Assembly (NCBI GenBank): GCA_963693365.1
Contig: CAVNZM010000006.1
Coordinates: forward strand, 6,985,264-7,049,263
DNA: 64,000 bases
Reading direction: 5' to 3'
Origin: Amoebidium appalachense
Lineage: Eukaryota > Protista > Ichthyosporea
Positions 48,392 through 61,400 of the stretch are shown here, piece after piece. The number at the start of each line of letters is the position of its first letter. Positions within the stretch are counted from its first letter, which is position 1. Made by a program: the position numbers and the translations under genes. The notes under the pieces were generated by a model, which worked only from the letters and a program-made list of their open reading frames with translations, made no database searches and was not told the DNA's origin.

Positions 48392-51120
48392 GGAGTGGTG
48401 GAGCACACCTGTGCCTGCTTGTGAGATTGATCCACAGGCACCGGCTCATGTATCCCCTTGCTGGGGCTGGTAAAGACGACGTTGGCATAAGAATATTTAG
48501 TTTGTAAACGTGTTTTCTTTGCAGGAGAATTAGATAGCTCCGTTGGAGTGAAATTGTGTGTTGCGGGTGTGCTGTAAAATTCGTAGTAGTAGCATGGTGT
48601 AGGCCTTGGTGTGTTTGATGTGTGTGCAAAGTTTCAGGCTGCTAGCATTTTTATTTAGGGAGCTGTAGCTGTTTTTATGTTCTGTGGGATATGCCATATG
48701 GATATATTGATGAGTTTGAGTTATATCTAGTCCGAAATGGGCGGCAATTGATTTGGTCTTTGTGATCTAGGGGTTTTAGCCACTTGTAAAAAAATTTCAT
48801 TGGTTGATGTGCAGCAAAAATTCCATTTTGGTAGATTTCATGGATTTGATAGGTTTTAAGTCATTTCTCATATTTCCATTGGCAAGTGGGCCGCGCTATA
48901 TAATGAGCTTGCGCGGCCCCAGGGAGGTCAGTTGCGGCGCTACTGAGCGCGTTTAGGTCTCTTTAGGCCCAATTTTTTAGCTAAGTTTTTGCCCACCCAC
49001 CACACCCTTTGCCTATTTAGGCACTAGGCTACGTTTTTTGAGCATGTTTCTGTATGACATTTGTCATTCTTTTCATTGCTCCTGTGGAGCACACCTGTGC
49101 CTGCTTGTGAGATTGATCCACAGGCACCGGCTCATGTATCCCCTTGCTGGGGCTGGTAAAGACGACGTTGGCATAAGAAAATGCATTGCTCTGGGATTTT
49201 GCACCCGTCTGGTGCTTCCTTGTGCCGTCTGGTGGCGGAAACCCAGGCCGTGTTGCGTCGTGGTGTCGTCACGCAGCTCCGTTTGCAGCAGTTGCTTGGT
49301 GGTTGGGTGTGGGCGGCACTGCTGCAGCGGCCGCTTTTGTCGGTTCTGAGTGTCGTCTACAGGTTTGTCGAGCAGATGGGGGATCAGGAACAGCCCCTTC
49401 CACCGCCCGTGGTGTGGGAGCTTCAGGCGATGTGTGCTTTGGCCCCGTTGATGCGTTGTGATTTGCGTTCTGGGTTTGCGGTGATGTCCTGCACTGATGT
49501 TGTTGGGTGGTGCAGTGGTGCCCTGGGTGCTTCCAGCAGCGCTTCTCCGCCAAGTGCTGCCTCACTTCAACCGGCATGGCCACTACAGCCAGCTTTCTGG
49601 TTCCGTGCACGAGCCAAGCCCGTCTGCCTCCCCAGCACCTATCCTGGCAGCTGTTGGTGGCCGGTGGACCACCAACATCAATCATCGTTGGCGCCACTCC
49701 GACCACATCAACATCTGGAAGGAGAAGCCTTGCTTCTGGGGCTTCGTCGATTAGGTCGGTCTATGGCTGCCCAGGGCTCCCGCTACCTTTGGGGCCTTGA
49801 TTCGACGGCGCTGCTTGGGGCTGTTGCTAAGGGTCGTTCAGCATCCCAAAGCCTTAACCGTGTATGCCGGCAGGTGGCTGCCTACACGCTTGCCCTCGAC
49901 ATTCGTTTGTATTGTGTGTGGCTGCCGTCAGCACACAATCCTGCAGATGGTACCTCACGGTATTCTGGCTGACCTGGCCATAAAGCCCCCAACCCTCAAG
50001 GCCTACCGGGATGCTGTTGTTGAGTTCCTGGATTGGTTGCCCCCTGGCACCGACACCAAGTCCCCCGTTGAACTGGACGACCTCCTGGTGGAGTATTTTG
50101 AGGAGTGTTATGCCATATGATCCATCGCGTGGCCAGCGTCAGCGCTGTGTCAACACAGTAGCCGGCATCAAATATTTGGAGATCGCATGCCTCCCTCCGC
50201 CGGTATGTGCAGGCCGGCCAGTCTCTTGTTCTTTCTATTCGGGTGCCTGCGTTGCTCCTTGGCCGGGCTGCAGCGCTGCATCAGTCACCCACAGCATGGT
50301 TCGTTCCTTCCCGTGCCAGGTAGGGAGTGGTGGAGCACACCTGTGCCTGCTTGTGAGATTGATCCACAGGCACCGGTTCATGTACCCCCTTGCTGGGGCT
50401 GGTAAAGACGACGTTGGCATAAGAATATTTAGTTTGATAACGTGTTTTCTTTGCAGGAGAATTAGATAGCCCCGTTGGAGTGAAACTGTGTGTTGCGAGT
50501 GTGCTGTAAAATCCGTAGTAGTAGTATGTTGTAGGCCTTGGCGTGTTTGATGTGTGTGCAAAGTTTCAGGCTGCTAGCATTTTTATTTAGGGAGCTGTAG
50601 TTGTTTTTATGTTCTGTGGGATATGCCATATGGATATTTTGATGAGTGTGGGTTATATCTTGTCCGAAATGGGCGGCAATTGATTTGGTCTTTGTGATCT
50701 AGGGGTTTTCGCCACTTGTGAAAATTTTTCATTTGTTGATGTGCAGCAAAAATTCCATTTTGGGTAGATTTCATGGATTTGATAGGTTCTAAGTCATTTC
50801 TTCATATTTCCATAGGCAAAAATGTGGGCCGCGCTATATATTGCGCTTGCGCGGCCCCAGGGAGGTCAGTTGCGGCGCTACTGAGCGCGTTTAGGTCTCT
50901 TTAGGCCCAATGTTTTAGCTAAGTTTTTGCCCACCCACCACACCCTTTGCCTATTTAGGCACTAGGCTACGTTTTTTGAGCATGTTTCTGTATGACATTT
51001 GTCATTCTTTTCATTGCTCCTGTGGAGCACACCTGTGCCTGCTTGTGAGATTGATCCACAGGCACCGGCTCATGTATCCCCTTGCTGGGGCTGGTAAAGA
51101 CGACGTTGGCATAAGAAGCG

Positions 51121-51310
51121 AACTTCTCGTGCGCCTGGACGAGCTAAGTCAGACATCGGCTCACACTAATATACATATCATTGTCTGTTCCCTCTCCCTT
51201 CCCCTAGTGGCACCGCAGAGTCTAAGTCTACATTTCATACCACCTCCCCCCCCCCCCCTCCCCCCCCCTCTACTCCTTCCTGTTCATCAATACATTTGGC
51301 AGATAGCACT
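51121..51310 (-). mobile_element. Diverged fragment of an LTR related to the Gypsy LTR at 12350-13063
   Basis: Reverse complement shares GACTCTGCGGTGCCACTAGGGGAAGGGAGAGGG, TATATTAGTGTGAGCCGAT and GACTTAGCTCGT with 12640-12827. Confidence 0.88.
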
Positions 51311-51312
51311 AT

Positions 51313-51418
51313 GGGGGTTTACGCTGTATACTCGGGGCAGAGAGAAACCAGTCTCAGGTATGGGGGGGGTTTTGCTCGGAATATCCCCTCAGCGATATAT
51401 CATGATCACGTACATAGA
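51313..51418 (+). repeat. 5' half of the ~197-bp element (diverged copy 2)
   Basis: GGGGGTTTACGCTGTATACTCGGGGCAGAGAG...CATGATCACGTACATAGA. Confidence 0.85.
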
Positions 51419-51884
51419 CACACTGCAGATCGTCCGACCCATCCGCGAACGATGGCTCCTGAGCCACTAATTAGACTTAGAAAATTTCCCAGATTTTTAA
51501 ACAGCTGGCAGATTAAAATTCGCCTATTGCCGGCGTCCGAGTGGCTAATATAGAACAGATGGTATAAATCATTCGTAGATCACATCAGCGTTTCCGATGA
51601 TTACACGTATATTTCTTTCCCGTATCATGGTTCAATTTTGGGGCGCTTGAGATTAATCTCAATACTTGACCGATGACCCCCACAGGCAATTTGCGAAGGG
51701 ATTCATGCTGGTGTATTCCAAACCCCGAGCCATGTGCCCAGCGGGCAGCTCGGCAGTCTACAGCTGCAGCTGGCGCTGCAACACAAACGTACGTTCTTTG
51801 CGGCCTCAAAGTTAGTGTTACTTCACACAATGGCCACAAAACTCCGTTTCAAAGTGCAGTGTATACTTCATATCAACACAAAAA

Positions 51885-52232
51885 ATGGCAGGCGCTAACT
51901 TCTTTGCTTTCGCTGTGTTCCAAAACGGACTCCCCATGCCTCTCACTAAGATCCCTAGAACAGTCCCAGAAAACACAGTTTTTGCTGACGAAAACGTGCT
52001 CGTGCAAAACAATTATGCACCCAAAAAGGCTTGCTTCGTTGCACAAACACCCTTCACAAAAGAAAACGTGTTCCTCGTGTTATGGTCTTCGAAGGTAAAC
52101 GGGGCACTTTACGCGTGGTGCCATGATCTAAGTGTCTTTAAGCCTTCTGAAAGACAGGTGGAGGTAGACGCGTGGCGCGAGAAAGTCAGCAAGGAAAAGG
52201 GCCCTGTGCCTTTCAGATTAGAACTCGAATGA
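51885..52232 (+). CDS. Hypothetical protein, 115 aa, intronless
   Basis: ATG in A-rich context and non-repetitive, protein-like composition. Its stop overlaps the next ATG (ATGA). Confidence 0.45.
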   Translation: MAGANFFAFAVFQNGLPMPLTKIPRTVPENTVFADENVLVQNNYAPKKACFVAQTPFTKENVFLVLWSSKVNGALYAWCHDLSVFKPSERQVEVDAWREKVSKEKGPVPFRLELE

Positions 52233-52699
52233 ATGCTAACAAGAAAATGTATGCTGGCCCTCTGAAGTATGACGTGAATGGTGCGGTTTGGACGGAGTTA
52301 GCATACTACGCAAAGAAAAATGTCTGCGCGACCGTTGTTGAAGCCATAGAAGATCAAGGCGAGCTAACAATTAAGACAATCTTTGAAAATCTGCAGGATG
52401 CAAAGAAGTTTTTTAACACCGAGGATGGACTAGACCACAGTGCTAAGGTCACCAGCAAGCCTCTATTTAGAAACTATACTGAATTTGTTAAGAAAACACG
52501 TAAAAATGGCATAGTAGAGGACGTGATTGTGAAAAGGAAACAGCCTATAGGTCATCGTACCCTGGTGGTCACCGAAGAGAATCCTCTGGTTTTTGAACTT
52601 AGGCGTGGCAAGAAAGGCGGCTGCGCTTTGTACATCTCTTTTGCATACAAACAGGAGCAGTGTATTGTCTGTCGTAAGGTAATAATCTTTCTGTTGTGA
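52229..52699 (+). CDS. Hypothetical protein, about 156 aa, intronless
   Basis: ATG at 52229 overlaps the upstream TGA. Complex, globular-looking composition. Confidence 0.45.
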   Translation: MNANKKMYAGPLKYDVNGAVWTELAYYAKKNVCATVVEAIEDQGELTIKTIFENLQDAKKFFNTEDGLDHSAKVTSKPLFRNYTEFVKKTRKNGIVEDVIVKRKQPIGHRTLVVTEENPLVFELRRGKKGGCALYISFAYKQEQCIVCRKVIIFLL

Positions 52700-52809
52700 A
52701 ACAACAATAGGTGGGGTTTTGCTCTATAAGGTTTGTATTCAATTTGTCCGCTGGTACCGGTAGGGAGGGAGTAAGTCACTAGTCTGGGTTGTGCCCAGGG
52801 TAATAGTAG

Positions 52810-53498
52810 TTCTTATGCCAACGTCGTCTTTACCAGCCCCAGCAAGGGGATACATGAGCCGGTGCCTGTGGATCAATCTCACAAGCAGGCACAGGTGCTC
52901 CACAGGAGCAATGAAAAGAATGACAAATGTCATACAGAAACATGCTCAAAAAACGTAGCCTAGTGCCTAAATAGGCAAAGGGTGTGGTGGGTGGGCAAAA
53001 ACTTAGCTAAAAAATTGGGCCTAAAGAGACCTAAACGCGCTCAGTAGCGCCGCAACTGACCTCCCTGGGGCCGCGCGAGCTCATTATAGAGCGCGGCCCA
53101 CATTTTTGCCTATGGAAATATGAAGAAATGACTTAGAACCTATCAAATCCATGAAATCTACCAAAGTGGAATTTTTGCTGCACATCAACCAATGAAAAAT
53201 TTTCACAAGTGGCTAAAATACCTAGATCATAAAGACCAAATCGATTGCCGCCCATTTCGGACTAGATATAACTCAAACTCATCAATATATCCATATGGCA
53301 TATCCCACAGAACATAAAAACAGCTACAGCTCCCTAAATAAAAATGCTAGCAGCCTGAAACTTTGCACACACATCAAACACACCATGGTCTACAGCATTA
53401 TACTACCACGAAGTTTACAGCACACTCGCAACACACAATTTCACTCCAACGGGGCTATCTAATTCTCCTGCAAAGAAAACACGTTTACAAACTTAATA
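52810..53498 (-). mobile_element. Solo A-spacer-B unit (689 bp)
   Basis: Both termini present with no ORFs. Confidence 0.9.
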
Positions 53499-53659
53499 TA
53501 AATTGGGCTGTGCCTCATTTAACCTCGGCCACTGTAAATATAATCAAGTTGCCTACGGCCCACAGTTTCCAATTAATTGCCACGAACAAGCAGCAAAGCT
53601 CACTCAGCCCGTTTCTACCCCCACCCCTACCCCCACCCCCACACCACCCGTTTGCACAC

Positions 53660-54448
<789 letters not shown>

Positions 54449-54508
54449 ATTATAAAGCGAGCCCATCCCGTCAATATGCATTAATATTCATTCAATGTAA
54501 AAGCATAA

Positions 54509-55476
54509 TCAGGCTTGATCAAACCATTTGTCCCTGACACGTTTCCTCAAGTCAGATAAACTCCCGGTGGTATCAATCTCCACACCCCTTTCACCGAGGT
54601 CACTGCATACCTTCAAAAGGTCCCCCCTATTCATCTTCTGTATTTTTTTCAAATCTAGAATACGGGGAGTGATAGACACAGAATTTGCATATTCCTCAGC
54701 GGTTTTAACAAAACTCTCAGTGCCACTCAATTTTCCAGTCAAAACACATTCATACACTTGCATATAAGCAGCACTCTTGCAAAAATCACACTTCTGCCTG
54801 CCACCATTGACATCTCGTCTCACCTCCCCCCACCTTCCGCCCGCACCTCAGCCCTCCCCTCAACTCCCCTCTCAATCCTGGCCTCTATTCCCTCCCCCTC
54901 ATCAGCCAACCCATCCTCAACAACCTCACCCTCCTCGTCTACACTTGGCAGGCCTTCTATCTCAGCATCGTTAGGCCTGCCACACCAACAAAACTCAAGA
55001 CTCTCCAACATATATTTTGGTGTCATCTCCCGTGGTCTGGACCAATTGCTAAGCACGGTCCTCTTTGGCATTTTGTTCCGCAACCATAGTGTGGGTGCAA
55101 ATGTGTTTCCATACTTGCCACCATACATTCATATCCTTGTCCTTCATTTGCCAATTCACAAATGCAAACATTTTTCACAACATGCAGCAAGGACTCGCGT
55201 TCCTGCATATCTGCCGCACACAAACCTGTCCCTAGTTTATCCAGCAGTTCCTCCGTTTGGGCTGGTATGGTTACACCCAACTCAAAAATTGTTGGTGTGT
55301 ATGATGTGGGGCGGAACAGGGCCACCGTGTTGTGCAGCTCGATAGCTGCATCTTTCATCTGCAAGGAAATAGGATGTTAAATAAGTGTGAGTGCTTGATT
55401 TTGTGTGCCACGTGTGCGGGCAGCGGGGATTCCTGCGCGCCTGTGCGCGGGCATGCGCGCGCACTTGTGTGTGTGT

Positions 55477-55512
<36 letters not shown>

Positions 55513-56078
55513 ATGTGTGTGTGTGTGTGGGGTGGGGGGGGGGGGGGGGGAGTGTGTTTGTGTGTGTGTGTGTGTCTGAACGGTGTGTTGAAAATGTGGT
55601 TGACGAGCGGTGTGTGTATGTTTATGTTTGCTTGTTATACGCAATTCTCATGATTCTTCATGCATTATGTTCAGCAACTCTCACTCTCTTTCTGAGATGA
55701 AAGTGACGGTTGTTCTGTTACAAACCACGGTTTTTTTACAAGGGGGGGGGAGGGGGGGAAGGGGGGATAGTTCACCTGTTCATACTCCTCCCGCGTCAGG
55801 TTCTTTGACGGTGCTGCTGTTAAAACGTCACGTATGGTGAGACCGAGGCACTGCAAAACACAACGCTCATGAAGCCAGTTTTCGCTTTCTACTAGTAGAG
55901 CGGGGTTGGGTGGTATAAGTGTATCCACCAATGTGTGAATGTTTCGCATGATCGAAGCGGTTTGGTCTCCCTGAAACCTCAGATTCTCGGGACAGGAAAA
56001 CACCTTCCCGTTGCCGGTCTTTGCTGTCCTTGCCCATTCTTTGTAGTACTCGAGTATGGTCACGTGCGCGTCTCGCAT
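54509..56078 (-). pseudogene. Spliced, frameshifted gene with Cys-rich segments and a C-terminal SAP-like motif (exons about 56078-55776 and 55358-54509)
   Basis: Donor CAG|GTGAAC at 55775 and acceptor TTGCAG|ATG at 55359 join in phase 0. ORFs 55023-55364, 54820-55128 and 54509-54823 abut in different frames. KMNRGDLLKVCSDLG...TGSLSDLRKRV resembles a SAP domain. Confidence 0.6.
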
Positions 56079-56265
56079 GAATGGTTCGTTTTTAAACGGG
56101 TTTTCTTTGAGGAACGGCCGCAGCCACGACGACGAAGTGACATGTGGAATTCGAACTGCCAGCTACTTTGCATTCCGATTGGTTAGTCTCTAGGTATGGC
56201 TTAGCCAATCAGTTCTCTGTACATAAATGTAAGTGCAATGATTGGTCCTGTTTAAGTGTAGCCAT

Positions 56266-56303
<38 letters not shown>

Positions 56304-56304
<1 letters not shown>

Positions 56305-56500
56305 GGGGAACCCCAACTAATTGATTTCTCCTTGTAGTCTTTATGGTGTCTCGCAGAGAAAGTAAACCCTGATATATAGTCACCACCCGACATCTATGTA
56401 CGTGATCATGATATACCGCTGAGGGGATATTCCGAGCAAAACCCCCCCCCCCATACCTGAGACTGGTTCTCTTTGCCTCGAGTAAACAGCGTAAACCCCC
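56304..56500 (-). repeat. ~197-bp dispersed element, copy 3, with the A tract at 56270-56303
   Basis: Near-identical to 8737-8933, including the flanking TTT-A(n). Confidence 0.88.
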
Positions 56501-56622
56501 CTCTTACATTCCCCTGTAGCCAATCGGATGTTGTGAGCAATATCCTGCGTGTATATAAACCGCTAGCCCGCAGATTCGTAGGCCTCTCAGTCGCTGGCAC
56601 TGCTCCTGAGCAGAATGTGTCC

Positions 56623-58428
56623 TTAGTCTAGCAAGTTGGCAGGGCCTCCTGAGGCCCGTAAACGGTTGTTTTCTCTAGTTAAGTATTTTGTTTTTCTTGC
56701 TGGGGCGAGTAAAGAGTGACGGCACAAGAATGGAAGATCACCAATTGTGCTAAGCACTTTGTGAAACCAGGAAGATCCGAAATTCTCCTGGCTGACAGCC
56801 CCACCATCTCTTGTGACTGCTGTATTTAAAAGCTCAAAGGTATACCAGAGACCTACACGTGTATTTGGGTGAAGTATGTCCTGCCAAGTGGGTGCGTTAC
56901 CTATTGGTGATTCAGTGTGGTGTCGTGTGCCGTTTGCTTTGTTCCAATTTTTTTTGTATTCGTAAATCTGGTTTGCTGTAAAAACTTTGTCTAGATTGGC
57001 TGGTTTCTTTCTGTCTACTGCATCGTACAGTTTCACGATTGTGTCTTTGCGAAATTCTGGTGTGTATTTTTTGAACATGTCTGCGGTAGCATTGGGTTTT
57101 AAGCAATTTGCGGGAAGAGAAGGATCGATGCCTTTGTAGGCAGCCTGATAGTGACTATTGAAATAGGTAAACGCCTGATTGTACTCACCACCCAATTCAT
57201 TCAACATTTTATAGTCTGCCCCCCAACCTAACAACTCGAAGCGCACGTTATCGAAGTCACCTATCGTGTAGTGCTGTTGGCTGATGGGCTCCCACTGTTT
57301 AGTGGTGTCCCGCACTATAAAGTGGGACGCAGGGTGAGATTCACCGAATTGTCCACCGGCGTGCAAAAAAGTGTTGTTTCGTGAACTGCCGACCGCATTT
57401 GGAAAACCGAAAGAAAAAAAGGTCCCACTGCGCCGTTTGACAAATCTGGTACCGTCCCCCAAGTGTAGGACCGGGTTCGTGCTCGATTTTATCCGCAGAG
57501 TAACCATGTCCAGGCCACACCCACTTTCCGTGTTTCTTTCGCTGTGCCTCGGTCATGACTACAAAGGCCGCTATCTTGATATACTCCTCGAGCTCGGTAT
57601 AGAAGCCGTGCGCCGCGGGCGCCTCCGGTTCCTCCGGATCACTAAGCACGTCGTCTGGAATGTGCCAAAACCATTTGCGGGCTGGTGTTTCCTTCTCAAT
57701 GTACGCGTTCATTTCCTTCACAGTGGAATAACGTGGCAGAGGTATGGACTTTCCCTCCATAGACGTGGGGATCGTGTACTTGTGCACCTGCACGCCCCGA
57801 GCACTGTCATCACGCACACAAAACGTGGTCGAAGCCGAGTCTTTCGCCATGTGACCGCGGGTTGAAAGCTGCTGGTGGGCGTACATGTGATCCCAGTGAA
57901 CGCAACACGTTCGCCTCGCTTTTCTCGAATTCCTTTACGTTGTTAATAATACAGTTGACGTGCTCCGTCGCCGTTTTCGTACCAGCGAGGGCAGCAAACA
58001 AGATGGCGGCTTCATGTTTGCCTATCATGCGCAAAATAAGGCGGGAGCAAAGGACGAGAATGGGAGTGCGGTAGGTGGGTAACCCACCACTGATCATAGC
58101 CGCGCATACTTCGAGTTCGTCCAGTCGTGTACTCAACGCGTTGTTTGACATTCCCCACGTCACGGGGTGATTGAGCCTGTTCAGCCATGTTGATGTGGGA
58201 TTGCCTTCCCACACAGGTTGCTGGCGAAGTGTTTTCTCTCCTTGTTTCGTAGTGAAGATTTTGTGTTCAGATAACCCGTCCCAAAATTCAATTTTAAAAT
58301 CAAATTCCTTGTTGTAAATTTTACGTTTCGGTGCTTCGTTTTCAGGGTCCTCTAAGGCGTCAGGATCATTGTTGTTTCCTTCCCCAGCAGACTCCTCGCC
58401 ACTGTCATCTGCGTTCAGGTCGGAGAAA
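56623..58428 (-). CDS. Block of three overlapping intronless orphan reading frames (57810-58428, 57341-57886, 56623-57507); either one frameshifted gene or compact virus-like genes, 5' end cut by the Ngaro-like insertion
   Basis: 1.8 kb of non-repetitive sequence covered by same-strand ORFs with protein-like composition. No motif recognised. Confidence 0.5.
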
Positions 58429-61400
58429 ATGCCAACGTCGTCTTTACCAGCCCCAGCAAGGGGATACATGAGCCGGTGCCTGTGGATCAATCTCACAAGC
58501 AGGCACAGGTGTGCTCCACAGGAGCAATGAAAAGAATGACAAATGTCATAAAGAAACATGCTCAAAAAACGTAGCCTAGTGCCTAAATAGGCAAAGGGTG
58601 TGGTGGGTGGGCAAAAACTTAGCTAAAAAATTGGGCCTAAAGAGACCTAAACGCGCTCAGTAGCGCCGCAACTGACCTCCCTGGGGCCGCGCAAGCTCAT
58701 TATAGAGCGCGGCCCACATTTTTGCCTATGGAAATATGAAGAAATGACTTAGAACCTATCAAATCCATGAAATCTACCAAAATGGAATTTTTGCTGCACA
58801 TCAACCAATGAAAAAATTTCACAAGTGGCTAAAATACCTAGATCATAAAGACCATATCGATTGCCGCCTATTTCGGACTAGATATAACTCAAACTCATCA
58901 ATATATCCATATGGCATATCCCACAGAACATAAAAACAGCTACAGCTCCCTAAATAAAAATGCTAGCAGCCTGAAACTTTGCACACACATCAAACACACC
59001 ATGGTCTACAGCATTATACTACCACGAAGTTTACAGCACACTCGCAACACACAATTTCACTCCAACGGGGCTATCTAATTCTCCTGCAAAGAAAACACGT
59101 TTACAAACTTAATATACTTATGCCAACGTCGTCTTTACCAGCCCCAGCAAGGGGATACATGAGCCGGTGCCTGTGGATCAATCTCACAAGCAGGCACAGG
59201 TGTGCTCCACCACTCCCTACCTGGCACGGGAAGGAACAAACCATGCCGTGGGTGACTGACGCAGCGCTGCAGCCCGGGCAAGGAGCGACGCAGGCGCGCG
59301 AATAGAAAGAACAAGAGACTGGCCTGCACATACCGGCGGAGGGAGGCATGCGATCTCCATCGACCACGCAGAGCAATCGTCTCTACTGAAACACCCCTGA
59401 CATAGTCTCTCGAGGCACCACCATGGCAAAGACTGTGAAGATGAAACCCATACTCGTTGAGGCCGAGGGAGTCACATGCCGCTTGGAACTTGGCACGCAG
59501 AACATCATACGAGAAAGGAAACAGCCGCGCAGAAGGGGGGCGCCACGGAACCAGAAAGACAGGATCGCCAACAGGGACGGATCGGTGATGGGGACAAACT
59601 GATTTGGACCGGTCTTGGTGTCGGCCAGGCGGATGCCGCCTGTACCGGGTGGCATGTCGTGGGGAACGGGGTCGTCGGGCAAAATAAGATCCGCACGGGT
59701 GAGCATAAGCAGCTCACTGACACGATAATAACACTCAAATCCAAGCAAAACAGCAATACCAAACAAGGGGCCAATTTTGGAATACAAATGATGGCCAATG
59801 ACGAGGACCAATGAAAACGGAAGCGGGGGCGTGGTCTTTGCTGGAACAAGTCGGTTCCAGCCCGGCAGGCTCCGTTGGGCGGCCTGCAGGTGTGGACCCA
59901 GGCGTTGCATGAAATGCTTGATGCCGGCAGCTGTGTTGAGACAGCGCTGACGCTGGCCACGCGATGGATCAATGGCATAACACTCCTCAAAATACTCCAC
60001 CAGGAGGTCGTCCAGTTCGGCGGGGGACTTGGTGTCGGTACCAGGGGGCAACCAATCCAGGAACTCAACAACAGCATCCCGGTAGGCCTTGAGGGTTGGG
60101 GGCTTTATGGCCTGGTCAGCCAGAAAACCGCGAGGGACCATCTGCAGGATTGTGGGCTGACGGCAGCCACACACAATACAAACGAATGTCGAGGGCAAGC
60201 GTGTAGGCAGCCACCTGGCGGCATACACGGTTCAGGCGTCGGGATGCTGAACGACCCTTAGCAACAGCCCCAAGCAGCGCCGTTGAATCAAAGCCCCAAA
60301 GGTAGCGGGAGCCCCGGGCAGCCGTAGACCGACCTAATCGACGAAGCCCCAGGAGCAAGGCTTCTCCCTCCAGAATGTTGATGTGGTCGGAGTGGCGCCA
60401 ACGATGACTGATGTTGGTGGTCCACCGGCCACCAACAGCTGCCAGGATAGGTGCCGGGGGGCGGACGGGCTTGGCTCGTGCACAGGACCAGACAGCTGGC
60501 TGTAGTGGCCACGCCGGTTGCAGTGAGGCAGCACTTCGCGGAGAAGCGTTGCTGGAAGCACCCGGGACACCACTGCACCACCCAACAAGGAAGCATCAGT
60601 GCAGAACATGGTGCTAGCAAACCCAGAACGCAAATCACAACGCATCAAAGGGGCCAAAGCACACATCGCCTGAAGCTCCCACACCACGGGCGGGGGAAGG
60701 GGCTGTTCCCGACCCCCCAGCTGCTCCACAAAACTGTAGACGGCACTCAGACCCGACAAAAGCGGCCGCTGCAGCAGTGCCGCCCACACCCAACCACCAA
60801 GCAACTGCTGCAAACGGAGCTGCGTGACGACACCACGACGCAACACGGCCTGGGTTTCCGCCACCAGACGGCACAAGGAAGCGCCAGACGGGCGCAATAT
60901 CCCAGAGCGATGCATTTCCAGGCCTAGCAGCACCATAGAGGACGACGAACCAGCAGCCACATCCTTCTTGACATTGGAGGGAAGACCAGCTGGGCCGGTG
61001 ACGCCATGATACAATGCACGCTGACGATTGATGGCGGTGGCATCTGTGCCGACCCAGCCACAGTCGTCCACATACAGGGCATGCTGCGTGGCCTCCACAG
61101 GCCGCGGCACTATCGCACAGAGGCGCTCAATGCGGGGCATGCCGGCTCGGTCAGCCAACTGCCCATGGACGTCTTGAGCCACAAGCACAGAATGCACCCA
61201 GCCCATGGGCACGGTCTTGAGGGCCGGGTACACAAGCCGGTCGGGCCCAGAAATGCCAACAGCCTCCGAAGACACAGGCGGCAATCCGAAGTACCGCCAC
61301 AGCCACTCCGGGGCAAGAAGACGATGGAACTGGTTGTCCATGTCCGACTTGCCAAAATAGAGGCAATCCTCTTTGCCGCCGTGAGAGGTAGCCATCCTGT

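Larger units (their letters stand above)
43561..49179 (+). mobile_element. Full-length tyrosine-recombinase retrotransposon with split direct repeats (DIRS order, Ngaro-like), 5619 bp
   Basis: A1 43561-44060, B1 48398-48493, A2 48494-48992, 91-bp spacer, B2 49084-49179. ORF1, RT/RH and YR lie between A1 and B1. No TSD. Confidence 0.95.
41550..51117 (+). mobile_element. Degenerate outer Ngaro-like copy (41550-43560 plus 49180-51117), 5'-truncated with an internal YR deletion, split by a nested full-length copy
   Basis: The RT/RH frame stops at GGCCTTGA (43560) and resumes at AATGCATTG (49180). B1 50330-50425, A2 50426-50930, B2 51022-51117. Confidence 0.92.

Noticed and set aside
53551-53560. 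5S rRNA-like start GCCTACGGCC
   Set aside because: The match does not extend beyond 10 nt.
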